Assembly: GCF_009914755.1 (NCBI RefSeq)
Contig: NC_060930.1
From: the human T2T-CHM13v2.0 reference genome, Homo sapiens
Reading direction: 5' to 3' (one strand)
Length of the DNA: 64,000 nt
The position numbers were made by a program, and so were the translations under genes. Below are positions 1-14,600 of the stretch, one piece after another; position 1 is the first letter of the stretch, and each line of letters begins with the position of its first letter. Under the pieces are notes generated by a model, which made no database searches, was not told the DNA's origin, and was given only the letters and a program-made list of their open reading frames with translations.

Positions 1-679
1 TAACTTCTCATTATTAGGCAAAACATGTGAGTAGGCAACCCTGCAAAACTAGCAAGTGGGTGACACTATAAAAAGCTAAACAGGATAAATTTTGGATTAC
101 CCACCTTCCTGATCTATCTTTAGTGAAATGTCAGTTCCACTCTGTAGTCAAGACTTATGACTAACAGAGTACTGAGCATAGGAAACATCTTAATACATTG
201 TTTAATGAAACAAAGTATTTTAGAGCATGCTGGCAAACTGCATTTAGTTTATAATCTTCCAGCCTTATTCTATATGCATGAGGGAATCATTAGTTCCAGT
301 GTAGTCTTTCCTAGCAGCTTCTGTGTCTACGAACAGAGAGCTGAGAGTGGCCTGACATTCGTTCCAACAATTAGGATTAGCTTAAAATGCTGGGACTTCA
401 CTGCATTGCCGCAGTAACTTTTGCAGCTTTTCCCCACTGGAGGTCACTGTCACCTTGCAGTTGCAGAGAAGAACCTCAATTTGTGGTGGTAAAGAAAGTG
501 GACGTTTTCATCTATCTAGGCTGGCTGTAGTTGCTTAAAGAAATCAACCAACCAACCAAAGCAACAATCATTAAAACATACTTCAGATCATGTGGCAAAA
601 AACTGTCCTTAGAAAATTCATCACTGATAGCGCTTGTTTTCAAATAATGTTTCATCTTGACACTTTTTAATTTTTAGGT

Positions 680-850
680 TACTATAACAGTAGATACATG
701 TTATTATATATTTGTCCAAACCCACAGAATGTGCAGCAACAAGAGTGAACCCTAATGTGAACCATGGACTCTGAGTGATAATGATATGTTAATGTAAGTT
801 TATCCATTGTAAAATATGTCCCACTCTATTGGGATTGTTAATAGTTGATA
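680..850 (+). mobile_element. Old L1 (L1MC-like) 3' UTR fragment
   Basis: tttgtccaaacccacagaatgt...agagtgaaccctaatgtgaac motif typical of L1MC 3' ends. Confidence 0.55.
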
Positions 851-1031
851 AATATTTTGAATTCAGTTAAAATTTCTACAAAGAGACCCAAGCACCTGTT
901 TCATATGTTGGGCAAGCGAATGCATTCAAAGATCAGATGGTATATAGCTTCATAACTTTGAGCCAATTCCTGACCTCACTAAGCCTCAGTTTGCTCACCT
1001 AAAAGGTAGAGATAAGAATTCTACCAACTTC

Positions 1032-1096
1032 GGCCAGGCACAGTGGCTCACACCCGGAATCCCAACACTTTGGGAGGCCAAGGCAGGCAGATCACT
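1032..1096 (+). mobile_element. Alu left-arm fragment next to MIR-like sequence (about 930-1030)
   Basis: ggccaggcacagtggctcaca...ctttgggaggccaaggcaggcagatcact. Confidence 0.8.
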
Positions 1097-4000
1097 ACTG
1101 GAGAGCCTGACCAGAACCAACACAGTGTCTTTTGTGCAGTGGTGGCTCAGTAATGATTTGCTGAGTAAATTAATACAGAATCTAGGCATAAATATTTAAA
1201 GGAAAGCTGAGACACTAAGGAATCTTGGGTGAGTCCATCTGACTTTTCCCGGACTTTCAGTTTCTCTTCAGAGAAGGGTTTGAATGAGCTGACCCCCGAA
1301 GTTCCTACGCATTAAGGTCCCTAATCTTTGAGTTACAACCTGTGGGTCAGAGCACAGCCTTCAGTGTCCCATTCACTATGGAAACGCCACGACAACCTGT
1401 GTGCATCTGAAACCCCAAGTGGAGGCAGCCATGAGTCATGGATTATGTTTATACTGGTATCCAATTGAGCACATAGCATACTATCACCCTCAATGGACTG
1501 GCAAATCAGATACTTTTCCCCATTAAAAATGGCAAATGAGGTTTTAAAAAATCATTACAATTAATACAAAATGCCAGGAGGCACTGTACAGGTTGTATCT
1601 CCATATTTAAGAAGACCTAGGGCCTAAATATACTTAAGCACATAAGAGAAATGTACTGATAGCAGTACTAACATACAGCATTTTACATTTTACAAAGAAC
1701 TTTCACACATGCATGGTACTTTATTTGGCCCTAAGAGCAACCCTGTGCAGTAGAGGGGGCTGCAGAAACTGACCTGCATATACTGTTGTGTAAAGAACTT
1801 AAAGAACTCCACTGGGAGGGCAGGGCCAGGACTGGAAGCTGCATCTCCTGACCCCAGTGATTCAGCTTGAACAGGATGTTTAACTGTGAAGCACGAAGTT
1901 GGGTATAGCAGGACAATCCTTCATGGTGGCATAGAGTGCAAGCTAGGTGCCCACCATGGGGTTCAAAGCCCAGCTCTTTTGCATGTGGGTTTTGGGCAGG
2001 TCAGTGAGCCTTCCTGGGTCTCCACTGTAAAGTGGAGGAAATAGTACCTACCTCATGGCTGACAGTGAGACTTTAAAGGCATCAGAATAGGTGCACCTCT
2101 CCTTGTCCTCCGCGCATGCTCTCCCCAACCTCTGCTCCAGCCAGTACTGTGGCAACCAGCTCCATAGAGGTCTAGTCTGAAAGTGCTTCACCTCAGGCCA
2201 CTGCATTACGCCTTCTTCCCAGGGTTCTCTGGCATTGCTGCGGGACCTTCTTGGGAACTGGCATTTATGCATATGCAACTGAAAATGCCAGGGGGATAGT
2301 CACTCCACAAGACCCCCGATGGTGGAGATGGCGCCCGGGGAATCAGTGCCAATTGCCTGCTTCAGTCCTATGGGCAGGTGGCTCTGAGGTCATCCTGTCT
2401 GAAGTAGCCAGTTTGGCAACTCAACCTTGTTGGGGCTTCTTTCCTTCCCTGTTTCATACTCCTCCAGCCCCCACACCTATTCCCTGGAGTCAGTTCACAA
2501 AACAAGCCACCCTCACGCATGCTTGGGCTCTGCTTTCTGGTAGGAACTCAGGAATGACATCGTAGAGACATGGTGCTGGGCACATAAGAAATCCTACATA
2601 AACTTTACCTGTTCCTCATTTTCTATACTAAACGCTGCCTACGATCAGTCTTCTCCATGTCTGCTCTCTTGAAGGAAGTGGACTTTGTTGTTGTCACCAT
2701 GTGGTGGGCAGAAAATGACAAATAAGTGAAAGGGCCAAATACCACAGGGCAAAGACCTGGAATAGCTTCCTGAGTCGGATGTCCAGAGACTGACTTTGGG
2801 CCACTTCATTGCGAGAGACTTTAGGTGGTTTTAGATCATACAGTAACAAACCGTTTTTAAAACTTATGTGTGTGTTACTGTGCATTAGAAATCTATAAAT
2901 AAAACATCAAAACCATGATTTCACTTTATTTTTGCTTTGGCTAAAAATGTTTTAAATGACTCAACATATGAAAAATATTAATAGGAATAAAGATAGCATG
3001 TAAATATAGCAAAAATCATGATAGTGGTGTGTGAAAAAAAGATCTGGGAAACTAATAGATAAATGTGCCTTTTATAACCATTATGTTTTAGGTAAGTGGA
3101 TAGGATCGTAGTTTGGGCATCTATATTTAGGAATTTTGTTATCAAGTATGCTAACCATTCTCTTACTTAGGTACACAGACTTGATTTGCCACATTTGTAT
3201 TTTTGACGACGTTGTTCTAACTTTCAGGGAGAGCAAATAAAGGTCTTTTTCTCATATTAAAACAACAGAAATGGCATAAAACTATCATAATTTTAATTAC
3301 TCTAAGAAGCTGAAACAACATACACATAAGTTGACTCATCTGTGCATTTGGTCAAGGACACTCAGAATTTACATGGGCAGGTACCTATACACAGTACATT
3401 GGAAAACCTTTTTACTGCTCTCTGTCTTGAATGGATATAGAGCACGTTCATATCATAAATAGGATTCACTGATACCTCTAGAAAAGACAGTTCTTAAAAC
3501 TGCTGTGCTTGTAGATATTTCAAAGACAATAGTTTGCTCACATTTCTAAATATTCATTAGCAATAAGAAAAGCTATGAGGACATGTTGTACACTCTAATT
3601 TAGGAGAGATTTTCTTCATGGCTAAAAAGTTGCAAAAACATTCTGAAATATACATCCACAATACTCCTAATTAACTCACACAACTTGTTGGCCTTTTCAC
3701 TGGGAAATGCTCTGAGGGCTACAATCTCATAGCTTGAGTGAGTAACACATTCTTTTCCACATGGAAGATGAAAGCCCTTAGTATTTCCCATAGGAGAAAT
3801 GTAGTCCTCTTGGCATCTCCCACAGGAGATACGATAAACAGCGAAAAATGATTAACACTTGGGCAACAGTGACTGCCTAAAAACACAGACTTAACTATGA
3901 TGTTAGGTCAGACCTAAAGAGAATTATAATGTTTTATGATTGCTTACTTAAAAAAAAACTCTTCCTTTCTTCCATCTCTTTCACTTTGTCCTCAACTAAG

Positions 4001-4202
4001 ACAGATCAGATGATTGACAAGCCATTCCAAGATTGGGCAATTCCTCTTCATATGAACTTGATGCTCCAGAAATATTTGCTGTGGAAAGGTCCCCGGGAAA
4101 GGCGCAGGCCATGCGGAAAGGCTGACTCCTAGAGCTCTCCGACTTCTGAACACCAACAAGATGCCGAGTTGGTGGCTTCTTGTTGAATAAGAATAAATAA
4201 GG

Positions 4203-4740
4203 CATTTGACCCAGCCATCCCATTACTGGGTATATACCCAAAGGATTACAAATCATGCTGCTATAAAGACACATGCACACGTATGTTTACTGTGGCACTA
4301 TTCACAATAGCAAAGACTTGGAACCAACCCAAATGTCCAACAATGATAGACTGGATTAAGAAAATGTGGCACATATACACCATGGAATACTATGCAGCCA
4401 TAAAAAATGATGAGTTCATGTCCTTTGTAGGGACATGGATGAAATTGGAAATCATCATTCTCAGTAAACTATCGCAAGGACAAAAAACCGAACACCGCAT
4501 GTTCTCACTCATAGATGGGAATTGAACAATGAGAACACGTGGACACAGGAAGGGGAACATCACACTCTGGGGACTGTTGTGGGGTGGGGGGAGGGGGGAG
4601 GGATAGCATTAGGAGATATACCTAATGCTAAATGACGAGTTAATGGGTGCAGCACACCAGCATGGCACATGTATACATATGTAACAAACCTGCACATTGT
4701 GCACATGTACCCTAAAACTTAAAGTATAATAATAAAAATA
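4203..4740 (+). mobile_element. 5'-truncated L1PA (L1PA3-like): ORF2 end, 3' UTR and A tail
   Basis: ORF2 C-terminus (KTWNQPKCPTMIDWIKKMWHIYTMEYYAAIK), G-rich tract, GAG diagnostic (not ACA/ACG); 16-bp TSD aataaataaggcattt at 4192-4207 and 4741-4756. Confidence 0.95.
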
Positions 4741-5757
4741 AATAAATAAGGCATTTATACACAGGTGTAGGGATAGATTGTCTAACTCCCCTAGAGAAAT
4801 TTTTTTAACTGCATGCATTGTCAATGGGGCAATAGCACCCCAAAGGAATGAAAATTGGTTCTTCTGGGGGCACGTGAAGAAAATCTTACTCTTTTTACGT
4901 ATAAAGCACAGAGGTACAAACAATGCATCAACAGCTATGCAGTATACATGTGGTATTAAAATTTAATGGGAGGAGTCAACTAAGGGGAAAAAACCCTAAA
5001 AAGTCTAGGAGGGGGTGGATGATAATGAAAACAAGGCTGAGAAACACCGCCATAAACCCACCTTCAGACAGGAACAATGATTCAGACTGTTTTCCATAGT
5101 GCTTTCTAAACTGTTGTATATTGTTTTAAAAATAATTTATCATATGCTAATTGATAAGAGAGTCAAATATGTGCAAAGAGCTGTCTTCCCCAAAATGAAT
5201 ACCCTCTCTTGAAAAGTGCTAAAATTCTTAGAATAGGAATTATTTGTCTTCTTCCAGAATTCTGCTACGCTTCTGACTGAATTCCATTCCTGGAATAGCT
5301 ATGGTGTTACATGAAATGCATTATCAGGCGACAGCTCAAAGGAGAAAGCAGAGAAGGCTATGCTCAGAAGGGCTGATCACTGCAGGTGCTGTGTTTGCAA
5401 TCGATTTCTTAGTAAGAGTAGAAGCACTTTTGCTTCTGTTTTATTTTCTTTTCATAAGTCATATAAGAAGTAGGAGAAGGAAGAGATACGGACATTATTT
5501 TTAGCTCTCACAAACAAAAACAGATCACTAACTTTAATATGCACAGGGAATCCCTGCCCGTGAGGTTCCCCAAAAGTTGGTGCAAGTGTTTGAAATGTGC
5601 CACATGCCACTATTATTACCTCAACTGCCCCTAAGACCAGGGCCCTGGGCAAAGATTCAGCCAGGGCATGCATTCCATTTACTTTGGCAAGCGTCACTCC
5701 CAGGTTGGAAACATTCGAACAAAATGAATCTGTCTTAGATAAAGGTGATTTTACTAC

Positions 5758-5898
5758 CTGCACGTCCTCAAGAGCAGGAGTCTGCCAGTGGCCTCCCCGG
5801 GTCATCACGAACCGGATCAAGCACCAGAGAACTGAAGACGAGAGAAGGCACACGCTACCTACAACCCAGACGTCTTTTCTTCTGAGTGTGAAGTCCAT
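5758..5898 (-). CDS. MYLK4: Probable alternative first coding exon of MYLK4 (47 aa, hydrophobic)
   Basis: Kozak agaATGG; MDFTLRRKDVWVVGSVCLLSSSVLWCLIRFVMTRGGHWQTPALEDVQ; donor CAG|GTAGTA, phase 0 like the canonical first coding exon. Confidence 0.65.
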
Positions 5899-7498
5899 TC
5901 TTTGGGAGCAGCTGTGGATGTCGCTTGGCTTATATGTTCCTTCCCTGCCCTGATCTAGCACCAGCACTTCTCAAGCAGTGTCACCCTTTGCTCTGCCCTG
6001 AGGTGTCACCGAATTACAGAGGGTTCTTGCAGAGTCCTGCACTGGACGTCTCCAGTTACGTGATCAGCAAATAATCTGCCTCTTTAAAAGGAAAAATACG
6101 ATGGCCTTGTGTGACAGATCTGAAACAGGTGTAGGGGCATTGGGAGACTGCTGGCAATAATTTACGACGCTGTGAGTGCGTATTTGTTCCCAGTTCAAGG
6201 ACAATTAGCACCACTGTATCTGGCAACTGCTGGCTGCCGAGGCTGGGCCACTGCCAGGGAGCTTTCTCCTGCCCTTACAGGGTGAGGAGCACAGGGATGG
6301 AGGTGGCGAAATGCAACTTGAAAAATCACAAAACCTCTGCCCTCAGCCTTGTTATTTTGAGATCTAAGTTATAGTCATTACGGATGGTGCTGATGGTACA
6401 ATTTCACAGCAGATGGTCAGGAAATGCCACCTGGTGTTAAATCCACCAACTGCAATCAAAATAGGAAAATCCACACTTTACTCCAACCCACTGTCCCTCT
6501 GCACATCCTGTTAATAAATATTTTGCTTTGCTTGGTCTTGGGAGCATTTGTACCGGGCATTTAAACACTCCAGGGACAGTGGGGTCCCGAGTCTGCTGGG
6601 GCCATGCTTGTTTCTACCCCCACAGCTTTGGGATACCCCCTGGTTGGGATATGGAAGAACTTAAGCCAGGTTTTAAAAAGGAATTATTCCCTATGAAGGA
6701 AGGCTTTCAAACACAAATCAACAAGGGTTAGGATAAATTCAGAAATGATTTGCTTAGGGGTCTTCCAGGCGCGGATGTGGAACGGTGGGCTATGCTGACA
6801 TATTTTTGTAGAGTGAGCATTCACAACCTGTGTCCTACTTTTATACTTGGGACCATGCCTTTTGGATGGAGGATGAGTAACTAGGGGTGAACAGGCAGGT
6901 GGGGAAAACCAACGGAGGAGGAGGAGAGCACAGACAACCCCGGGCCTCAGGAGCAGGGATGGGGGTGGTACACCGAGGAAAGCAGTGAGAAGCGCGCAGG
7001 GCCGAATGGTTGGCTGAGAATATCACCAGGCACATTTGTGTTTCATTAAGCAAAGGGGTGTGGGGGTGTATATGAGACAGAGATCCTACTAAATATTCAA
7101 GTAAATCTGGGGGAAATACAACACGAGGGCTATTTACTATATAGATAACAGAGAACTGACAAAAGAAAAAAAACCCAGATTCAACTGTACAAAAATAATA
7201 CTAATTATAGTTATGAAACCTGTTCATCATTTATAACTTAATGGTATGGACACAGTAGCTATCGAGCTCATCACTCATATGAGTCAGACCAATTTGGTCT
7301 TGTAAATTTTACTTGATTTCAACACCACACCGTGTACGTATGTTTAGATCTAGTTTATTATGGCATATGGTTATCTGCTGAAAACTTTTAAAATTTTACA
7401 CAGTAGGTAGAATTTAGGTGATTTTGAACAGCCTTTGGAACATAATAGAATAAGAAAAGTCATTAGAAAACAGAATAAAAAGGAAAGTAGGAAAAATA

Positions 7499-8254
<756 letters not shown>

Positions 8255-9190
8255 CTAAAAATGAATTCAGTAGAAGAAAAATAAAAGAAATAGAAAAATC
8301 TGATTAAGAGCAGGAAAACAAAAAGAATCTGAGTTTTATCAAACTATTTTAACAAATATAAGTTGTTAAATCTATATAAAATTCTTCCCCTATTGGGACT
8401 GGAGAGTAGTTCCAGACTCTAAAGAAACTGCACTGCAAGCTTCCAGAACAAAGCTTTCATGTCACCAGAGTCTGAAATTCAGAGTACATTCTTTCCAGTG
8501 CACCACAGGGGATGTTTCTACTATGATTAGCCGTGCTAATCCCCTCAAAGAGAGAAGGGATGAGAGAGAAAGGGGAATAGGTGGAGAAAATCGACAAGCA
8601 TGTTTTTATAGTCCCTGGAGAGAAAAGCGTGGCATTTTAAAGATTTACTGCTGCCCCAGCAAAAGATGAAGACGTGTTAATCTAGCTCTGTCTGCATACC
8701 TGAAGACATCTGAGCTGCTGGAATGTCCTTCTCCACCCACCCGCTGCCAAGCCTGCTGGCTGCCCTGGCACCCACCAACTAGGCAGGCAGGGGCTCCAGG
8801 CCATGGAAAGGAGAACTCTGTGCCTCTGACACATGCACCTATCCATTCTCCACGTGGACGGAGAGAGACAGGGAAATTTATTGCAGACATCTCTAGGCCC
8901 TTCTCCATTTACAAGTAAGAAATTGAATGGGACACATGGAGCTCCTAGTGATTCCTTCCCACCTTCCACAGGGTGTCAACTGCAGGACGGAAGCCAGGAG
9001 GCCCAAGTTACAGAAGGGATATGAGACTTACTATAAAGGACATTCTCTGATGGTTTCTAGGGGTTAAATAGCAGTCTCAATTTTTCCCTCAAAAACACCC
9101 TAAAAATATTTAACTTCCAAATCATCAACTTCTGGATGTAGTTGGCTGCACAAAAGTAACATCCCTACATATATTTATGTTCCAACTTAG

Positions 9191-9508
<318 letters not shown>

Positions 9509-10991
9509 TTATCTCACTCTTTAGAGTGTTGCCCATTTATAAAAATTGTATCATAGATTTTGGAGAAAAACAGTACTTGAAAGATAATGAAATTCATATA
9601 AACTATTACAGTTAGTTGATGATTTCAAAGTTCTCCAAGAAGAATATTTTGTCTTCTCTGTCCTACCAAAATTAATAAACAGAAAAAATTATCCTGTTTG
9701 TACCACTGAAAACCCTAATGAGAAAGTCATGTCTCACTTAATTTTGCCTGTAGATATTTCTCCTTGGTCTATATTGAACTCATGGGGAAAGCAGAGGTCT
9801 CAAAAAAATGTTTCAATCTGATTCATTTATTCTCTCCAGCACATTTTGTCATTTCTTATTCACTTACAATAAAAAGCCTCCTAGACCTTTTATATACAAT
9901 CTCTCTATTTCATTGTCTATTGCATTGTTAGAAACGCCCTTCCTACCTGAATAGTGTTTTTTAGAACAGTAGCTGGGCAAAGAAGGATGTTTTCCAAACC
10001 TGCCTGATAAGAATCACTTGCTCTGATTATCAAAAATAATGGTTCCCAGCCCTCAACCAGAATTCACTTAAATAGATCTGTGCATTCCAAAAACACTTTT
10101 GGTGCCTATTTGTTTCCGTTACTAGGAAAGCAACTGAGAAAACATGAACAAATAACACGAGGTTTCCCAACCTTAAGGAGCCTTGTCTAGAGAAAGGTGA
10201 TCAACATGTTCAAAACCACCACATGTGCTGGAATGAAGGCACGGGCAAAATGCTTGATGCTCCCACCGGGCAAGGAGCCAACGGATGATGGGCAGGAACT
10301 GACTGGGCCAAGGCAGGGGAGGTAATTGCTGCTGCCGCTAACACATATTAAATGCTGACTCTAGTGACAGATACTAGGCGGAGTGCTTTACAGACGTGAT
10401 CACACTTAATTTTCACAATTGCTATTATCTCACTAATTCAGATGTGGCAAGCCCTTGGTTAAATTAATATTTTTCCCAAGAACGAGCAGCTGGAATGGAG
10501 CTCAGAACTCTCGTTCTGCACAGAGGAGGGTACAAGCCCCACCGTCGTGCCATCAGCAAGTCTTTCTTGTCCCTTCTCTGGACTTCACTATCAACAGCTC
10601 TGCTGTCTACCGCGTGAGGAACTCAAGATCTGAAGGAAAAAGGAGAAACTTCTTTCTGCAGAACAGTGTGCCTCTCAGAGCCCTTTTCTGAATTTCAAGC
10701 CCAAATCCATCATGCTAAAGGATTCTTCTTCATTTCTGCAAGCTGGCTGTATAACTCCTAAGCCACTAACTAAAAGTGAAGTCGACTGCTGGCAGAAATG
10801 CAGTTTCAAAGGCCTCCTAATTATTTACCAAACACAATTGTATAGTCGACACACACAATTCTCACTGAAGCAAAGTGGAATGATGCCTATTCATAAACTT
10901 TCCTTAATTGTACTCACAAGCGGCTCCATGACATTAGAAAAGATAAGATAGAATGAATACTTTTTAGGAGACTAAATTAGAACATGATTAC

Positions 10992-11150
10992 CTCATTATG
11001 TCCAGATCTTGAATCCTGGTCCCCAGAATTTTTTTCCAGAAAACACTTCACTTTCTCCACCTCTTCCCTGCACTGAAAAAAGGCCATTTTCTCCAGCTGG
11101 TTGCTGTTATAACACGTGTTGAATTCTTCCAGCCTCTTCACTTTTAACAT
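10992..11150 (-). CDS. MYLK4: Myosin light chain kinase family member 4, first coding exon (whole exon 10992-11262)
   Basis: MLKVKRLEEFNTCYNSNQLEKMAFFQCREEVEKVKCFLEKNSGDQDSRSGHNE, recognised as the MYLK4 N-terminus; acceptor tttcctttctttgcag| at 11263; donor GAG|GTAATC at 10991; 53 codons, phase 0; the kinase exons lie left of the window. Confidence 0.9.
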
Positions 11151-12591
11151 CTTAGTAGTGAGTCCGATTAAGCTACTTTCTGGAGTGTGGTTTTCGTCTC
11201 CCTCTGTCTCCGATTTATAAATCAGGACACAATTATGACTCTTCAGTGCTTCTTTCTCTTGACTGCAAAGAAAGGAAACACAGAAAGTTCTCATCACGTA
11301 TTCATGCATTTGACTTCTTGAGAAAATGACCAGTGAGAATTTGGAAGTCCCTTCTGTTTAAACTGGAGAGAGGATCCAAAATCAGGAAAAGAAATACTAA
11401 CATTCATATTGAGTTTCCAACATTGGAACTTTAAAAGGAAAAAAATTTTTTTCACTTTAAAACTACAAAAGCAAACAGTAAGAAGCAATGTCAAGATTCA
11501 CTGGTGATGAAATATGCTCCTTATTGCACAAAACAAGCCGTAGATCAAGTGGCCAGCTTGGATGTAAATTATAAAGTATCTTTGGGTTTAATTGGAACCG
11601 CAGGTTTTGCAGCCCCGTGGGAAGGGCTTATCACAGAAGGGGTCTCTCTGCTTCCCCTGGCCTCCCTCTGCAGAGGGATCGCTCCCGAATGAGTCCTTTT
11701 CCAGAACTCTTCTCTACCTATGCCTTAAAATGTGTGGTGTTTATTTGTGAAAAGAAATTTATTTCCTTACAGTCTTCTCACGTGGACAGCACTCCCAGAT
11801 ACCTTTCCTTGCATCTGCATTAACAGCTATGTACCGAGAAGTTCAGAGTCTTTTCACTCTCCTTAAAATACTTTCCTCGCAAATGAAGTAATGCAGCATA
11901 CATAATTCGCTTTGATACTAGAGACATATACGCATGTCTATATGTACACATCACTTGATTGCATAGAGAGGCAGGGAGAGGGAGAGACATTTGAATTTGT
12001 GCTAGTTCCGCATGGCTGACAACTGAGGCCCCCTGGTGGAGATTTTCCGAAAAGCGCCTCTTCGAGCATTTTCTCCGCTTAAAAACCGTATTGTGATTCT
12101 CATCAGAAAACTTAATATTTTGTTTTGTCAGTTCCTATAGTAAAATGATACTCTTGAGTTCCAAAGTGTTTAAAATTCACTGCTCTAACAAATTATACTT
12201 ATCCACATAAAGAGCTTACATTCAAACAAATAAAAATGCAAATATTAATACTATCAACCAGAGCTCTACAGATATATTACAGATCATTCTTAGCATTCTT
12301 TCAAATTGCCCTGAAAAAATTATTAAAATAAGGAAACAAATGCATGGCTATTTCTAAGGCAAACTACGACTAAAATACTATGGTTAATTGCAGATGAAAC
12401 TCAAGTTGGATCAGGAAGCCACACAAAATTAATGTATTAAAACAAAAGCTTAGGATTAAGATACAATAATTTTGCAAAGAAATATTAAACATTAAGCTCT
12501 ACCTGAAGTTTGGTACAATTTGTTATTGAAGGTAACTTAGAAAAAAGGGGAGGAGATTTGAGAGGTTATAACAATAAACAAAGATAATTAC

Positions 12592-12780
12592 CATTGATAG
12601 GATCACATCGAAGAGCTTGAGCCACTCCAAGTCTAGAGCATACATTCCAGAAGATAAAGAGAAATTTTGCAGAATTCAAACTGACTATGAAAGTCTCTGG
12701 TAAAAGTTTTGACTCTCAGTCGTATAAATCTTCTGAAAAGACAAGTGTCCACTACGAGAGGAAGTATCTTCTCTCTCAAA
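12592..12780 (-). other. MYLK4: MYLK4 non-coding exon 1 (5' UTR); 5' end approximate
   Basis: Donor ATG|GTAATT at 12592/1; AT-rich TATA-like TATTAATTTAAA (12799-12810) and E-box CAGCTG (12833-12838) upstream; position agrees with my recollection of the gene model. Confidence 0.6.
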
Positions 12781-14044
12781 TGCCACTTTGAGCCCCTGTT
12801 TAAATTAATATGGCTCTTGATCTCACGTTGCTCAGCTGTTGCCTTCTTAGTCAGATGGGGAAGAATATTAATTTTAGACACCAGGCTTTTCAAGGCCAAT
12901 GGCTCCATTTCAGAGGTCAGGTAAGGAGAGGATGAACCGGGAACACTGGATGAAATATCACCTTCACCTTTCCCTCGTATCATTGTGTCAATACTCTCGG
13001 ATTTACAAAGCTAGATTTGTCCTCGGCAATCATCTGCCTGGACCTTCTGCCCCTTTCAGACTCAGGATTATTTAAGTGCTCATTAAATTTCCCCCAGTAG
13101 GGAAAATGCCAGGTGTGGCAACCCCACAGCCACCTCTGTTTGCCCATCTTACGCTTTGAGCATATCCAACTGCAATATAGAAGATCTTCTGAAAGCAGTT
13201 AGCAAGTTTGTTTTATTTTTCTCAGTTCTTAAAGATGTTTGCAAAGTCTCCAACCATTTCTAGCTCTAGGGAAAGGTCAAAGGCACAGGCATCCAGGAAA
13301 CAGGAATAAATTTTTCATAAATTCTCCTTAAGCAACACTAGGACTTCATCCGTAGTTTTCTGCACAGACCAAGAAAGGGGAATTTCAACCCACCTGCCCA
13401 ACTCTCACAGTAGTGCATCCCTAGATTCACTGAAGTGGCATAAAACTTTGATTGCCCAGAGGCTGGACTTTGCAGTCTTGACAACCCTGCAATTTTTCAG
13501 GGCCTGGCCAATTGTCACCTCTTATTTGGAGCCTGTGTTAGCCCCTCTATGCCCCATTCTAACACCAGCCTCTGCTGCTCTTCTGCTTCTTTTAAAAAAA
13601 AAACCTTATTTTTAATTCAGATCGATGCATTCCATGTGAAATAAAAATACATATTTTTCCATTTTATGTAGTATTAATGAATTACAGCAAAATCTTTTTT
13701 AAAACACAAAACGCTTGTTATTTTTCAGATTGGAGAGCTTTGTTCTTCAGCAAAAGTAATGAAGTGGAACTATAAATTTGTGGAGATAAATTATCTGACA
13801 AAAGTATTATACAAAGACTAAGCTGGTTTGAGGTTACCAATTTTGTTAGTATAATTAAATTGTGTAGAAGTACTGATAAGGCAACAAATGCCCTGCCAGA
13901 GGCAAGATGTGTGTGGGCTGCTGCTGATCCAACCACATCCTCCACCCGGACCACCACCATGCAAAAGCAGACTTCCTATCTCGTTGGCTCCAGCAAACCA
14001 ACCACAGGCTTGAGTGAGCCAGAGGCCAGGAGAATCTGCTCCTT

Positions 14045-14600
14045 AGCTTATTTTTTTGTAATAAACTTTTCCTTTTAGAGTAGTTTTACATCTACAGAAA
14101 AGGTGCAAAGGTAGTTCAGAGTTCCCCTTGCCCTGCACCCCGAATCCTCTGTTTTTAACATCTTACGTTGGTATGGTATACTTGTCACAATTAATGAACC
14201 ATGGTGAACGTTATTATTAACTAAACTCAATACTTTATTGTTGCTGGGTTTTTTTTTTCCCCAAATGCCCCTTTTCTGTTCCAGAATCCCATGCAGGATT
14301 CCACAGTACATTTAGAATCAGTAGGATTTATGATAGATTGGGTATGGGGTATGAAAGAAAGATGGTAGACACCTTTGCATATTTTCTTCTGAGCACTTGA
14401 AAGACAGAGTGAACATTAACTGAGATGGAGACGGCTGTGGGAAGGGCAACTCTGGAGGGAAAGGTCAGGCATGAAGTCTTTGGCAAGTCCATTAAACGTT
14501 CAAGTTGAATAGGCTGTGGAGATAGAAACTGGAGTTCCGGGGAGGGGTGTAGGCTGGAGATAAGAATTTGGAAGGCATCCACATATAGACATTTCCATGC
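14045..14600. mobile_element. Old L1M fragment (about 14045-14310) followed by an L2 fragment
   Basis: Sequence style of an L1MC/MD 3' end and of L2 (taactgagatggagacggctgtgggaagg...). Confidence 0.5.

Noticed and set aside
4283-4525. 80-aa ORF
   Set aside because: C-terminal remnant of L1 ORF2p in a truncated element
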